The notes under the pieces are model-generated. The model did not search any database. It was given only the letters and a program-made list of their open reading frames with translations, and was not told where the DNA came from. A program made the position numbers and the translations under genes. From an uncultured Gemmatimonadales bacterium (GTDB lineage: Bacteria > Gemmatimonadota > Gemmatimonadetes > Gemmatimonadales > GWC2-71-9), in NCBI GenBank assembly GCA_963748815.1, contig CAVVKJ010000010.1, forward strand, positions 662,124 through 726,123: a stretch of DNA of 64,000 bases. Direction: 5' to 3'. Each line of letters opens with the position of its first letter. Position 1 is the first letter of the stretch. Below, piece by piece: positions 39,496-50,899 of this stretch.

Positions 39496-40511
39496 CCGGA
39501 TCGCGTCACCGGGTGTGGCAGCTCCTGCTCGCCATCTCCCTGTCCGCCCTGCTCCTCTGGTGGGCGTTCCGCGACGTCAACTTTGCCGAGGCACTCGGCT
39601 ACCTCCGGTCGGTGCGTCTCGGCTGGCTCCTCACCGCGGTCATCGTCGCCACCTCGCTCTTCCCGTTGCGACTCTTCCGCTGGCGCCTCCTCCTGCGGAA
39701 GGAAAACGGCGACCCCTACCCCTGGACCCCGCTCTGGCACGCCATCGCCATGGGGTTCGCCGCCAACAACCTCCTGCCGTTCCGGGCGGGCGAGGTGGTG
39801 CGCACCGTCGCGGCCAGCCGCCTGACCGGCGCCCGGCTCACGACCTCGCTCGCCTCCGTGGCCGTCGAGCGGGTCTTCGACGCGCTCACCGTCGTGGGGC
39901 TGCTGGCGGCGGCGCTCCTGATGCCCGGCATGCCCGCGGGGCTCTCCGTCGCGGGGATTCCCGTCCAGCGGGTCGCGACGACCGCGGGCCTCCTCGCGCT
40001 CGCCGCCCTGGGCTGCGCCACGCTCGTCGTGACATTCCCGCGGGCAGCGGAGGCGGTCGTGCGACGGATCATCCCGTCCGATCGCATCGCATTGCGACTC
40101 ATCGAACTGATCGAGGGGATCCGCCAGGGTCTCGCGGTACTCCAGTCCCCGATGCGGCTCATCGGCGTGATCGCCTGGTCAGTGGTGCTCTGGCTCGTCA
40201 ACGCGCTCTCCTTCTACCTCGCCTTCCTCGCCTTCGACCTGCCGGTCAACTACATCGGCGCGGTGGTGCTGCAGGGCGTCCTCGCCTTCGGCATCGCCGT
40301 GCCGTCTGCGCCAGGGTATGTCGGCCCGTTCGAGGCGGCCATTACCGCGGTCCTCGCCCTGTACGCCATCGGCGCGAGCCAGGCGGTGGCCTACGCGGTG
40401 GGCTACCACATCACCACCTTCATTCCGATCACCCTGCTCGGGGTCTGGTCCGCCACGAAGACGGGGCTCGGGCTCGGGGCGACGGCGCGCGAGGCGCCCC
40501 CCAGTGTCTGA
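39492..40511 (+). CDS. flippase-like / lysyl-PG synthase TM-region family membrane protein (UPF0104)
   Basis: Multi-TM protein. Contains AANNLLPFRAGEVVR, typical of this family. Confidence 0.7.
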   Translation: MTGSRHRVWQLLLAISLSALLLWWAFRDVNFAEALGYLRSVRLGWLLTAVIVATSLFPLRLFRWRLLLRKENGDPYPWTPLWHAIAMGFAANNLLPFRAGEVVRTVAASRLTGARLTTSLASVAVERVFDALTVVGLLAAALLMPGMPAGLSVAGIPVQRVATTAGLLALAALGCATLVVTFPRAAEAVVRRIIPSDRIALRLIELIEGIRQGLAVLQSPMRLIGVIAWSVVLWLVNALSFYLAFLAFDLPVNYIGAVVLQGVLAFGIAVPSAPGYVGPFEAAITAVLALYAIGASQAVAYAVGYHITTFIPITLLGVWSATKTGLGLGATAREAPPSV

Positions 40512-41365
40512 GGATCGGCTCTCCCGGCCGGCGCCCGCCAAGGCGAACCTGTTCCTCCGGGTGCTGGCGCGGGAATCGTCGGGGTATCACGGCATCGAGA
40601 CCCTCTTCTGCCTGCTCGACCTGGCCGACGACCTGACGGCGGAGCGTCGCCCGGGCGGCGAAGTCACCATCGAGGTGCTGGGTGCCGATGTGGGACCCGC
40701 CGAGCAGAACCTCGCGGTCCGCGCGGCGGAGATGGTCCTGCAGGCCACCGGCCGGCGATTCGGCGTGCATCTCACGCTGGAGAAGCGCATTCCGATGCAG
40801 GCGGGGCTGGGCGGCGGCTCGAGCGACGCCGCCTCGGCGCTGATCCTCACCAACCAGCTGGCCGGCAACGCCGTCCCCCGGCACGAACTGCTCCAGTTCG
40901 CCGCCCGACTGGGGAGCGACGTGCCGTTCTTCCTGAGCGAGGCCCGCCTCGCCCTGGCCTGGGGACATGGCGAGCGGATGCTGCGACTCCCGCCGCTCTC
41001 CACGGCGCCGGCGCTCCTCCTCGTCCCCGCCGAGGGAATGCCGACGGCCGAGGCCTATGCCTGGATCGATCAGGGCGGCGAGGCGACCCGGCGGGGCGGG
41101 CTCGCGCTGGACCTCGACGCGCTGCGGGGGTGGGGGGACATCGCGCGGATGGCGGGGAACGATTTCGAGGCGGCGCTCTTCTCCCGGAGGCCGGCGTTGC
41201 GGGCGGCGTTCGAGGCGCTGGCCGGCACCCACCCCCTCCTCTGCCGGCTGACCGGCTCCGGCTCGGCCTTCCTGGCGGTCTACCGGAACGCGGACCGATC
41301 GGACCGACGCCGCCATGATGCTGGGCCGGAAGCATGGGAAGCTGCTGGAGGTCACCGCCGGCTGA
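40504..41365 (+). CDS. ispE: 4-diphosphocytidyl-2-C-methyl-D-erythritol kinase, with an apparent frameshift near 41284-41310
   Basis: GTG at 40504. Contains PAKANLFLRVL, IPMQAGLGGGSSDAA and LTGSGSAF. The original frame runs through tRNA-Gln to 41601. The adjacent frame ends DAAMMLGRKHGKLLEVTAG with TGA at 41363-41365. Confidence 0.8.
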
Positions 41366-41376
41366 TTCGACGCCAC

Positions 41377-41460
41377 CCAGTCTCCAGCCATCAGTCCCCA
41401 GTCCTTTCCCCTTCTCCCTTCCGCCCCTCCAAGTCCCAAGTCCACTTCCTCCTTTCTCCC
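41377..41460. repeat. pyrimidine-rich tract with loose 7-nt periodicity
   Basis: The tract reads CCAGTCT CCAGCCA TCAGTCC CCAGTCC TTTCCCC TTCTCCC TTCCGCC ... and contains the reverse complement of GGACTGGGGACTGA (seen at 9623-9636). Confidence 0.6.
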
Positions 41461-41490
41461 GTGCTTGCAATGCTTTACCTTTGCATTCGC

Positions 41491-41561
41491 TGGCCCTTCG
41501 TCCAATGGCAGGACAGCAGACTTTGGATCTGCGAATGGTGGTTCGAATCCACCAGGGCCAA
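41491..41561 (+). tRNA. tRNA-Gln (anticodon TTG)
   Basis: Acceptor TGGCCCT pairs with AGGGCCA. Anticodon stem-loop is GCAGA-CTTTGGA-TCTGC. T arm is GGTGG-TTCGAAT-CCACC. 71 nt. Confidence 0.9.
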
Positions 41562-41637
41562 TCCTCCTACCGGCCGATCCTGTTGTCCCCGCACGAGTTG
41601 ACTCTCCCCGGTTTGCCCGGTTAGATTTGAGGGCTCT

Positions 41638-42591
41638 ATGGCGCAGATTTCTCTCGAACGAAGCCAGATGTTGCTCCTCAGCGGGACGGCCAACCGGCCG
41701 CTCGCCGAGGAGGTGGCGCAGCACCTCGGTCAGCCGCTCTGCAAGGTGACGGTCAAGCGGTTCGCCGACGGGGAAATCTTCGTCAAGATCGACGAGAACG
41801 TGCGCGGGCGGGATGTCTACATCATCCAGCCGACCAATCCGCCGGCCGACAACCTGATGGAGCTGCTGCTCCTGATGGATGCCGCCAAGCGGGCCAGCGC
41901 GGCCCGGGTCACACCGGTCATCCCCTACTTCGGGTATGCCCGGCAGGACCGGAAGGATCAGCCGCGGGTGGCCATCAGCGCGCGACTGATCGCCAACATG
42001 GTGTCGATGGCTGGGGCGGACCGGGTGCTGGGCATGGATTTTCACCAGCACCAGATGCAGGGGTTCTTCGACATCCCGGTGGACCATCTCTACGCGGCGC
42101 CGGCGTTCGTGAACCACTTCCGGCAGAAGCGGCTGAAGGATCCGGTGGTCGTGGCGCCCGACGTCGGCTCCGCCAAGATGGCCCGCGGGTTCGCCAAGCG
42201 GCTGAACGCCACGCTCGCCATCATCGACAAGCGGCGGCCCTCGGCCAACATCGCCGAGGTGGTCAACGTCGTCGGCGACGTGAAGGACCGGGACTGCGTC
42301 ATCCCGGACGACATGATCGACACCGCGGGCACCATGTCGGAAGCGGTGCACGCGCTGAAGCGGCTCGGGGCCAACGACGTGTACTGCTGCGCCACCCACG
42401 CCCTGCTGTCGGGGCCGGCGGTCGAGCGGCTGAGCGCGTCGCCGGTCAAGGAAGTGGTGGTCACCAACACGATCGCCATTCCGCCCGAGCGGCATTTCAA
42501 GCAGTTGACCGTTCTCTCGGTCGCCGGCCTCCTGGCCAAGGCGATCGGTTACACCCACAGCGACCAGTCGGTCAGCTCGCTGTTTGACTGA
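41638..42591 (+). CDS. prs: ribose-phosphate pyrophosphokinase
   Basis: Contains KRFADGEIFVKIDENVRGRDVYIIQ and IPDDMIDTAGT. 317 aa. Confidence 0.95.
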   Translation: MAQISLERSQMLLLSGTANRPLAEEVAQHLGQPLCKVTVKRFADGEIFVKIDENVRGRDVYIIQPTNPPADNLMELLLLMDAAKRASAARVTPVIPYFGYARQDRKDQPRVAISARLIANMVSMAGADRVLGMDFHQHQMQGFFDIPVDHLYAAPAFVNHFRQKRLKDPVVVAPDVGSAKMARGFAKRLNATLAIIDKRRPSANIAEVVNVVGDVKDRDCVIPDDMIDTAGTMSEAVHALKRLGANDVYCCATHALLSGPAVERLSASPVKEVVVTNTIAIPPERHFKQLTVLSVAGLLAKAIGYTHSDQSVSSLFD

Positions 42592-42635
42592 TTGAGGACG
42601 CCGCCTCGGCGCCCATTACCTCGAAGGATCGGACT

Positions 42636-43295
42636 ATGGCACAACAGGTGAATCTCGCGGCGGCCTCCCGCCCACAGACTGGTACCGGCGCCGCCCGCGC
42701 GCTCCGTCGCGCAGGCCAGGTGCCCGCGGTCATTTACGGCCACGGCCGTGAGCCCGAGCCGCTCGCCATCGACGCCGGCGTGCTGTCGCGGCTCCTGCCC
42801 ACGATGACGGCCAGCACCATCCTCGACGTCACCGTCGACGGGCGCGCGCCGATCAAGGCGCTCCTGCGCGACCTGCAGCGGCACGCCCTGCGCTCCTCGA
42901 CCATCGTGCATCTCGACCTCTACGAGATCCACGCCGACGAGGAAGTCGACGTGCGGGTGGCCATCCACCTCCTCGGCGTGCCGGACGGCGTCCGGAACTT
43001 CGGCGGCGTGCTCGACTTCGTGCATCGCGACGTCGAAATCCGGGTCCTGCCCGGCGACATCCCGGCGGGCATCGACGTCGACGTGACGAACCTGGCCATC
43101 GGGCATTCCATCTTCGTCCGCGACCTCGTGCTGGCCAAGGGCGAGATTCTCGACGACGCCAACGTGCCGGTCTGCACGGTCGTCGCGCCGCGCGTCGAAG
43201 AGACCGCCGTCCCGGTGACCGAGGACGCCACGGTCGAGCCCGAGTTGATCCGCAAGGCGAAGGCCGAGGACGACGAGGGCGACGACAAGGAGTAA
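42636..43295 (+). CDS. rplY: 50S ribosomal protein L25 / general stress protein Ctc
   Basis: Contains GQVPAVIYGHG and LQRHALRSSTIVHLDLYEI, with an acidic tail. Sits in the prs-ctc-pth order. Confidence 0.85.
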   Translation: MAQQVNLAAASRPQTGTGAARALRRAGQVPAVIYGHGREPEPLAIDAGVLSRLLPTMTASTILDVTVDGRAPIKALLRDLQRHALRSSTIVHLDLYEIHADEEVDVRVAIHLLGVPDGVRNFGGVLDFVHRDVEIRVLPGDIPAGIDVDVTNLAIGHSIFVRDLVLAKGEILDDANVPVCTVVAPRVEETAVPVTEDATVEPELIRKAKAEDDEGDDKE

Positions 43296-43299
43296 GGCC

Positions 43300-43869
43300 C
43301 TGCGCGCCATTCTCGGACTCGGGAACCCGGGTCCTGAATACGAGCGGACCCGCCACAACGCGGGGTTCGTCCTGGCCGATCACCTGGCGCGGCGCTGGGG
43401 TTTTGGGGCGTTTCGACGCGGCGAGCGGGCCCGCGAAGTCAGCGGCCGGCGCGACGGCACGGAGATCCGGCTGATCAAGCCGACGACCTACATGAACCGG
43501 AGCGGGGCGGCACTCGCCCCGCTTCGCGCGTTTCCGGGATTTGACCCCGCGCGGGACCTGCTGGTGCTGGTGGACGACGTGGCGCTCCCCGCGGGCCGGT
43601 TTCGCCTGCGAGGCGCCGGCACGGCGGGTGGGCACAACGGGCTCAAGAGCGTCGAAGGGGCGTTGCTGCGTCAGGACTACGCCCGCCTCCGGATCGGCGT
43701 CGGCCCCCTGCCCCCCGACGGCCGCGACCTCGCGGACTTCGTCCTCGACGAATTTGCGGGCGACGAGTGGGACATCCTCACGGCATTGCTCGACCCGATG
43801 GCGGACGCCGTCGAGTGCTGGCTGGCTGAAGGCATCGAGCCGGCCATGAACCGATATAACGGAGGCTGA
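43300..43869 (+). CDS. pth: peptidyl-tRNA hydrolase (apparent CTG start)
   Basis: The frame reads [38 protein letters not shown]. An in-frame TGA lies at 43246-43248, and no ATG/GTG/TTG occurs before the conserved GLGNPG. Confidence 0.85.
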   Translation: MRAILGLGNPGPEYERTRHNAGFVLADHLARRWGFGAFRRGERAREVSGRRDGTEIRLIKPTTYMNRSGAALAPLRAFPGFDPARDLLVLVDDVALPAGRFRLRGAGTAGGHNGLKSVEGALLRQDYARLRIGVGPLPPDGRDLADFVLDEFAGDEWDILTALLDPMADAVECWLAEGIEPAMNRYNGG

Positions 43870-45920
<2,051 letters not shown>

Positions 45921-45959
45921 GCGGGGAAGCGGGGAAGCGGGGAAGCGGGGAAGCGGGAA
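45921..45959. repeat. tandem octamer array (GCGGGGAA)x4 plus one degenerate unit
   Basis: Read directly. Begins 1 nt after the hppA stop. It is the reverse complement of the units at 2615, 2902 and 46026. Confidence 0.9.
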
Positions 45960-45987
45960 CGAAGGTTGAGTTCGCGGGAGACATCGC

Positions 45988-46023
45988 AAGGGGCAACCGG
46001 AATCCGGTTGCCCCTTTGCTTTT
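45988..46023 (+). terminator. rho-independent terminator of hppA (between convergent hppA and korB)
   Basis: A 13-bp perfect stem AAGGGGCAACCGG-AAT-CCGGTTGCCCCTT, followed by TGCTTTT. Confidence 0.75.
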
Positions 46024-46025
46024 AC

Positions 46026-46049
46026 TTCCCCGCGTCCCCGCTTCCCCGC
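46026..46049. repeat. octamer array TTCCCCGC-GTCCCCGC-TTCCCCGC
   Basis: Read directly. Inverted relative to 45921-45959. Ends 7 nt before the korB stop. Confidence 0.85.
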
Positions 46050-46056
46050 CCTGCCC

Positions 46057-47061
46057 CTAGACCTTCCACGTCTTCCCCTGCATCAGCAGCGCCTTGATAT
46101 CGGGTGCGCCGGTGGGCTGCTTCGCGTAGACCGCCGCGGTATAGCTCTGGACCGGGTCGGCGTAGAGCACGCCGAGGGCGACCGGGAACGGCGGGGTGAG
46201 GGCGGCAAGCATCCCGGCCAGCGTCCGGTTGGTCTCGTCGTGGACCAGGATGTCCTCCATCGAGACGCCCCCCTCCCCGAGGGTCACCACCTCGAGCGCG
46301 ATGTTCGAGGGATCGAATCGCAGCCCCTGCTGCCGTCCCTTCCCGAAGAGGAGCGGCTGGCCGTGGACCAGGTGCAGTTGGCGCTCTTCCGCCACCGCCC
46401 GGTCGGTGAACTCGTCGAAGACACCGTCGTTGAAGACCAGGCAGTTCTGGAAGATTTCCACGAACGACGCCCCGCGGTTGGCATGCGCCCGCTTCAACAC
46501 GTCGATGAGCTGGGCCTGCTGGGTATCGATGCCGCGCGCGACGAACCGGCCGCCGGCGCCGAGCGCGAACGTGGCGGCGGAGAGCGGCCGCTCGATGGAT
46601 CCCCCCGGCGAGGTCGGGCTCTTCGTGCCCGTCCGCGACGTCGGCGAATACTGTCCCTTGGTGAGCCCGTAGATCTCGTTGTTGAAGAGGATGATCTGCA
46701 GGTCCACGTTCCGGCGGAGCACGTGCAGCATGTGGTTCCCGCCGATCGAGAGTCCGTCGCCGTCGCCCGTCATGACCCACACGTCGAGTTCAGGATTCGC
46801 GAGCTTCACCCCCGTCGCGATGGCGGGCGCGCGTCCGTGCACCGTGTGGAAGCCGTAGGTCGACATGTAGTAGGGAAATCGCGACGAGCAGCCGATCCCC
46901 GAAACGAAGACGGTGTTCTCCCGCCGGGAGCCGATCTCGGCCAGCGCCTTCTGCACCGCCTTCAGGATGGCGTAGTCGCCGCAGCCCGGGCACCAGCGGA
47001 CCTCCTGGTCGGAGGCGAAGTCCTTTGGCTGCAGCTTGACGAGCGTCGGGGTCGCGGTCAT
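46057..47061 (-). CDS. korB: 2-oxoglutarate:ferredoxin oxidoreductase subunit beta
   Basis: Contains WCPGCGDYAIL and GDGDGLSIGGNH (TPP binding). 334 aa. Confidence 0.9.
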   Translation of the reverse strand: MTATPTLVKLQPKDFASDQEVRWCPGCGDYAILKAVQKALAEIGSRRENTVFVSGIGCSSRFPYYMSTYGFHTVHGRAPAIATGVKLANPELDVWVMTGDGDGLSIGGNHMLHVLRRNVDLQIILFNNEIYGLTKGQYSPTSRTGTKSPTSPGGSIERPLSAATFALGAGGRFVARGIDTQQAQLIDVLKRAHANRGASFVEIFQNCLVFNDGVFDEFTDRAVAEERQLHLVHGQPLLFGKGRQQGLRFDPSNIALEVVTLGEGGVSMEDILVHDETNRTLAGMLAALTPPFPVALGVLYADPVQSYTAAVYAKQPTGAPDIKALLMQGKTWKV

Positions 47062-48959
47062 GCGGCACCTCCCTTCCCATTGCCACGGGTCCGTTCCATG
47101 ATCGCCGCGAGGATGGTGGAAACCTTGAAGGGCTTCCCGTTGACCTGGCTGAACCGCTCGGCCGGGAGGAGATACGCGGCGCGGAGGAGGGTCACCAGCT
47201 GCCCGTTGTTCATCTCTGGCACCAGGATCTTGTCGAACCGCTTGAGCAGGTCGCCCAGGTTCCTGGGGAACGGCGAGATGTACCGGAGGTGAATGTGCGA
47301 CACCCGCCGGCCCTCGGCCCGCGCCCGCTGCACCGCCATGTGAATCGGCCCGAATGTGGACCCCCAGCCGACCACCGCGAGTTCGCCGCTGTCCTCTCCC
47401 TGGTTCACCGCCTGTTCGGGAATGTCATCGGCGATGCGGGCCACCTTGGCCGCGCGCGCCTCCGTCATCCTCGCATGATTGTCGGGGTCGTAGGAGATGT
47501 CCCCGGTCTCGGCGTTCCGTTCGATGCCACCGATTCGGTGCTCCAGTCCCGGCGTGCCCGGACGCGCCCATGGCCGCGCCAGAGTGGCGGGGTCGCGCTG
47601 GAAGGGCTGGAACCCTTCGGCATCGGTGCGGTAGCTCACGGGAAAGGTGGGCAACGCATCGGCGTCGGGGATTCGCCAGGGCTCGGCGGCGTTCGTCAGG
47701 TACCCGTCGGTCAGCAGGAACACCGGCGTCATGTACTTGGTGGCCAGCCGGACGGCCTCCATGGCGACCTCAAAGGCATCCGCGGAGGTCGCGGCCGCGA
47801 GGACCGGCAGAGGCGCGTCGCCGTTCCGGCCCAGCACGGCCTGGAAGAGGTCGGACTGCTCGGTCTTCGTGGGTAGCCCGGTGGAGGGTCCGGCCCGCTG
47901 TGCGTCGATCACGATGAGCGGGAGTTCCGTGGCAATGGCCAGTCCGAGCGCCTCGGTCTTGAGGGCAATCCCCGGCCCCGAGGACGAGGTCACGCCGAGG
48001 GAACCGGCAAAGGAGGCGCCGATGGCGGCGCAGATGGCGGCAATTTCGTCTTCGGCCTGGAAGGTGACCACCCCGTGCGCACGGAGACCGGTCAGCGCGT
48101 GCAGGACTGGCGAGGCCGGGGTGATCGGGTAGCCCGCGAACACCATGCGCTCGATGCCGGCGGCCTTGAGCCCCGCGAGCAGCCCCCAGGCCACGGCCTC
48201 CGTGCCGCTGATGGTCCGGTAGGTACCGGGTTCCGCCGGCGCCGGACCGATCGCGACCGGCCGGAGGAAGTTCGGAAGTTCGGCCGTCTCACCGAAGGCG
48301 TGCCCGGCGTTCAGCACCGCGACGTTGGCCGCCGCGATGGCGGGGTCCTTTCCGAACTTCCGCTCGATCCAGTCGGTGGTAGTCTTCCGCTCGCGGTCGT
48401 ACAGCCAGAGCACCAGTCCCAGCGCCCACATGTTGCGGGAGCGCGCGGTCTGCTTGGAGGTCAGGCCGAGACCATCCACGGCCGCCTCGGTCAGCCGCCC
48501 GATGTCGAGGGGAAGGACCGAGAAATCGGACAGGGTGCCGTCCTCGAGCGGATTCTTCGCGTATCCGGCCTTGAGGAGGTTGCGCTCGGTGAACGCGCCC
48601 TTGTCGACGATCAGGGTCCCGCCCCGCCGGAGGTCGCCGACGTTGGTGATCAGCGCCGCCGGGTTCATCGCGACCAGGACGTCGAGGTCGTCGCCGGCGG
48701 TGGCCACTTCCACCGACCCGAAGTGGATCTGGAACGCCGAGACCCCGAAGGTGGTGCCGACGGGGGCCCGGATCTCCGCCGGAAAGTCGGGAAAGGTGGC
48801 CAGGTCGCTGCCGGCGAGCGCCGTTTCCATGGCGAACCGGGCCCCGGTGATCTGCATGCCGTCGCCGGAATCGCCGGCAAACCGGACGACCGCCTGCTCG
48901 CGCCGCGCGGGCGTACCGGCCGCATTGGCCCCGCCAGGAACGCTGGTTGTCGATGACAT
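47058..48959 (-). CDS. korA: 2-oxoglutarate:ferredoxin oxidoreductase subunit alpha
   Basis: Contains VVRFAGDSGDGMQITG. ATG at 48959 is preferred over GTG at 49007. ATGA overlap with korB. Confidence 0.9.
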   Translation of the reverse strand: MSSTTSVPGGANAAGTPARREQAVVRFAGDSGDGMQITGARFAMETALAGSDLATFPDFPAEIRAPVGTTFGVSAFQIHFGSVEVATAGDDLDVLVAMNPAALITNVGDLRRGGTLIVDKGAFTERNLLKAGYAKNPLEDGTLSDFSVLPLDIGRLTEAAVDGLGLTSKQTARSRNMWALGLVLWLYDRERKTTTDWIERKFGKDPAIAAANVAVLNAGHAFGETAELPNFLRPVAIGPAPAEPGTYRTISGTEAVAWGLLAGLKAAGIERMVFAGYPITPASPVLHALTGLRAHGVVTFQAEDEIAAICAAIGASFAGSLGVTSSSGPGIALKTEALGLAIATELPLIVIDAQRAGPSTGLPTKTEQSDLFQAVLGRNGDAPLPVLAAATSADAFEVAMEAVRLATKYMTPVFLLTDGYLTNAAEPWRIPDADALPTFPVSYRTDAEGFQPFQRDPATLARPWARPGTPGLEHRIGGIERNAETGDISYDPDNHARMTEARAAKVARIADDIPEQAVNQGEDSGELAVVGWGSTFGPIHMAVQRARAEGRRVSHIHLRYISPFPRNLGDLLKRFDKILVPEMNNGQLVTLLRAAYLLPAERFSQVNGKPFKVSTILAAIMERTRGNGKGGAA

Positions 48960-49069
48960 TAGGCCCGCCTTGTCTGGGGGGAGCGTCTGCACTCGAATTG
49001 TATCCACGAGGCCCCGTGCCGCGCCAGCGCCCCGCTTCCATTGGGGGCCCTTCCCTGCGATAATTCCGC

Positions 49070-50167
49070 GTGCTCAGACTCGGTATTGTCGGTCTTCCGA
49101 ACGTCGGTAAGTCCACGCTCTTCAACGCCCTGACCTCCGCCGGGGCGCTGGTGGCCAACTACCCCTTTGCCACCATCGAGCCGAACACCGGCGTCGTCCA
49201 GGTGCCGGATCCGCGGCTGGACGCCATCGCCACCTTCGTCAAGCCCGAACGCACCCTCGCCGCCACCGTCGAGTTCCTGGACATTGCGGGGCTGGTCAAG
49301 GGCGCCAGCCAGGGCGAGGGGCTCGGCAACCAGTTCCTCGCGAACATCCGCGAGGTGGATGCGGTGGTGCACGTGGTCCGGTGCTTCGAGAACGACGACA
49401 TCCAGCACGTGATGGGGAGCGTCGACCCGGCCCGGGACCGCGAGATCATCAACATCGAACTGGGCCTGGCCGACCTCGCGTCCGTCGAGAAGCGGCTGGA
49501 CAAGGCGGCGCGGACCGCCAAGTCAGGCGACGCCCAGGCCAAGATCGAGGTCCGCCTGCTCGACGCGCTGCGCACCGCGCTCGCCGCGGGCCGGCCCGCC
49601 CGGTCGGTGGTCCCCGCCCCCGAGGACGCCGCCGTCTACCGGGCGTTCAATCTCCTCACCGCCAAGCCGGTGCTCTACGCCGCGAACGTCGGTGAGCAGG
49701 AAATCAACGCCGGCAACGCCCACGTCGCGGCGCTGCAGGCAGCGCTGACGCGGGATGGGGAGCCGGCGGAAGTCGTGACCTTTTCCGCCCAGGTGGAGGC
49801 GGAGTTGGCGGAACTCGCCCCGGAAGACCGCGCGGAGTTCCTCGAGTCGCTCGGCCTGTCTGAATCGGGGCTCGACCGCTTGGCGCACGCCGCCTATCAC
49901 CTCCTCGGCCTGCAAAGCTACTTCACAGCGGGCGAGAAGGAGGTCCGCGCCTGGACCATTCACAAGGGCGACCGGGCACCCCAGGCCGCCGGGGTCATCC
50001 ACTCCGATTTCGAGCACGGCTTCATCCGGGCGGAGACGGTGGCCTACGACGATTTCGTCCGGGTCGGTGGATGGAAGCCCGCCCGCGAGCAGGGGCTCGC
50101 CCGCGCGGAGGGCAAGGAATATGTCGTCCAGGATGGCGACGTGATGCTCTTTCGGTTCAACGTCTAG
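49070..50167 (+). CDS. ychF: redox-regulated ATPase YchF
   Basis: Contains LGIVGLPNVGKSTLFNALT and a C-terminal VQDGDVMLFRFNV. 365 aa, GTG start. Confidence 0.95.
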   Translation: MLRLGIVGLPNVGKSTLFNALTSAGALVANYPFATIEPNTGVVQVPDPRLDAIATFVKPERTLAATVEFLDIAGLVKGASQGEGLGNQFLANIREVDAVVHVVRCFENDDIQHVMGSVDPARDREIINIELGLADLASVEKRLDKAARTAKSGDAQAKIEVRLLDALRTALAAGRPARSVVPAPEDAAVYRAFNLLTAKPVLYAANVGEQEINAGNAHVAALQAALTRDGEPAEVVTFSAQVEAELAELAPEDRAEFLESLGLSESGLDRLAHAAYHLLGLQSYFTAGEKEVRAWTIHKGDRAPQAAGVIHSDFEHGFIRAETVAYDDFVRVGGWKPAREQGLARAEGKEYVVQDGDVMLFRFNV

Positions 50168-50179
50168 GAGAACACACAT

Positions 50180-50893
50180 ATGACCAGTCCATTCGGCGCC
50201 GCCCAGGGGCGCACCGGATTCGTTTCCGATGTCGACAGCGCCCGCGTTGCCACTTTCATGCGCGGTGTCTACTGGTGGATGTTCGGCGGCCTCGGCGTCA
50301 CGGCCACCGTGGCGCTGGCCGTCGCCAGTTCGCCGGCGGCGATGAGCACCCTGATCAGCAACAAGCTGCTCTTCTTCGGCGTCATCATCGCCGAACTGGT
50401 CCTGGTGGTCTATCTGTCCGCCCGGGTGGCCAAGATGTCGCCCTCCACCGCAGGCACGCTCTTCCTGGCCTACTCGGCGCTCAACGGCGTCACCTTCGCG
50501 ATCATCCTGCTGGCGTATACCGGCGCATCGGTGGCCAACGCCTTCTTTGTCACCGCGGGAATGTTCGGCGCGCTCGCCGTCTACGGCAGCGTGACGAAGC
50601 GCGACCTGACCGGCATGGGCCGGTTCATGTTCATGGGCCTGATCGGGCTGGTGCTGGCGAGCGTGGTGAGCATCTTCTGGCAGAACAACGCCATGAACTT
50701 CGTGATGGGCGTGGTGGGGGTCCTGGTCTTCTCGGGGCTAATCGCCTACGACACCCAGCGCCTGCGGGCCATGGCCCTCCAGGTCTCGGGCGAGCAGACC
50801 GGCTCGTATGCCGTCCTCGGCGCGCTGAGCCTCTACCTCAACTTCATCAACCTCTTCCTCTCCCTCCTCCGGCTCTTCGGCGACCGCCGGTAG
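50180..50893 (+). CDS. Bax inhibitor-1/YccA family membrane protein
   Basis: Seven hydrophobic segments. The patterns FMRGVYWWM and GLIAYDTQRL are typical of the family. Confidence 0.8.
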   Translation: MTSPFGAAQGRTGFVSDVDSARVATFMRGVYWWMFGGLGVTATVALAVASSPAAMSTLISNKLLFFGVIIAELVLVVYLSARVAKMSPSTAGTLFLAYSALNGVTFAIILLAYTGASVANAFFVTAGMFGALAVYGSVTKRDLTGMGRFMFMGLIGLVLASVVSIFWQNNAMNFVMGVVGVLVFSGLIAYDTQRLRAMALQVSGEQTGSYAVLGALSLYLNFINLFLSLLRLFGDRR

Positions 50894-50899
50894 GGGATC

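Noticed and set aside
40429-42558. 709-aa minus-strand ORF
   Set aside because: It is antisense to prs and ispE, spans tRNA-Gln and has junk composition.
45921-46049. CRISPR-like array
   Set aside because: The units are only 8 nt, directly abutting with no spacers, and no cas genes are present. This is a micro-repeat, not a CRISPR array.
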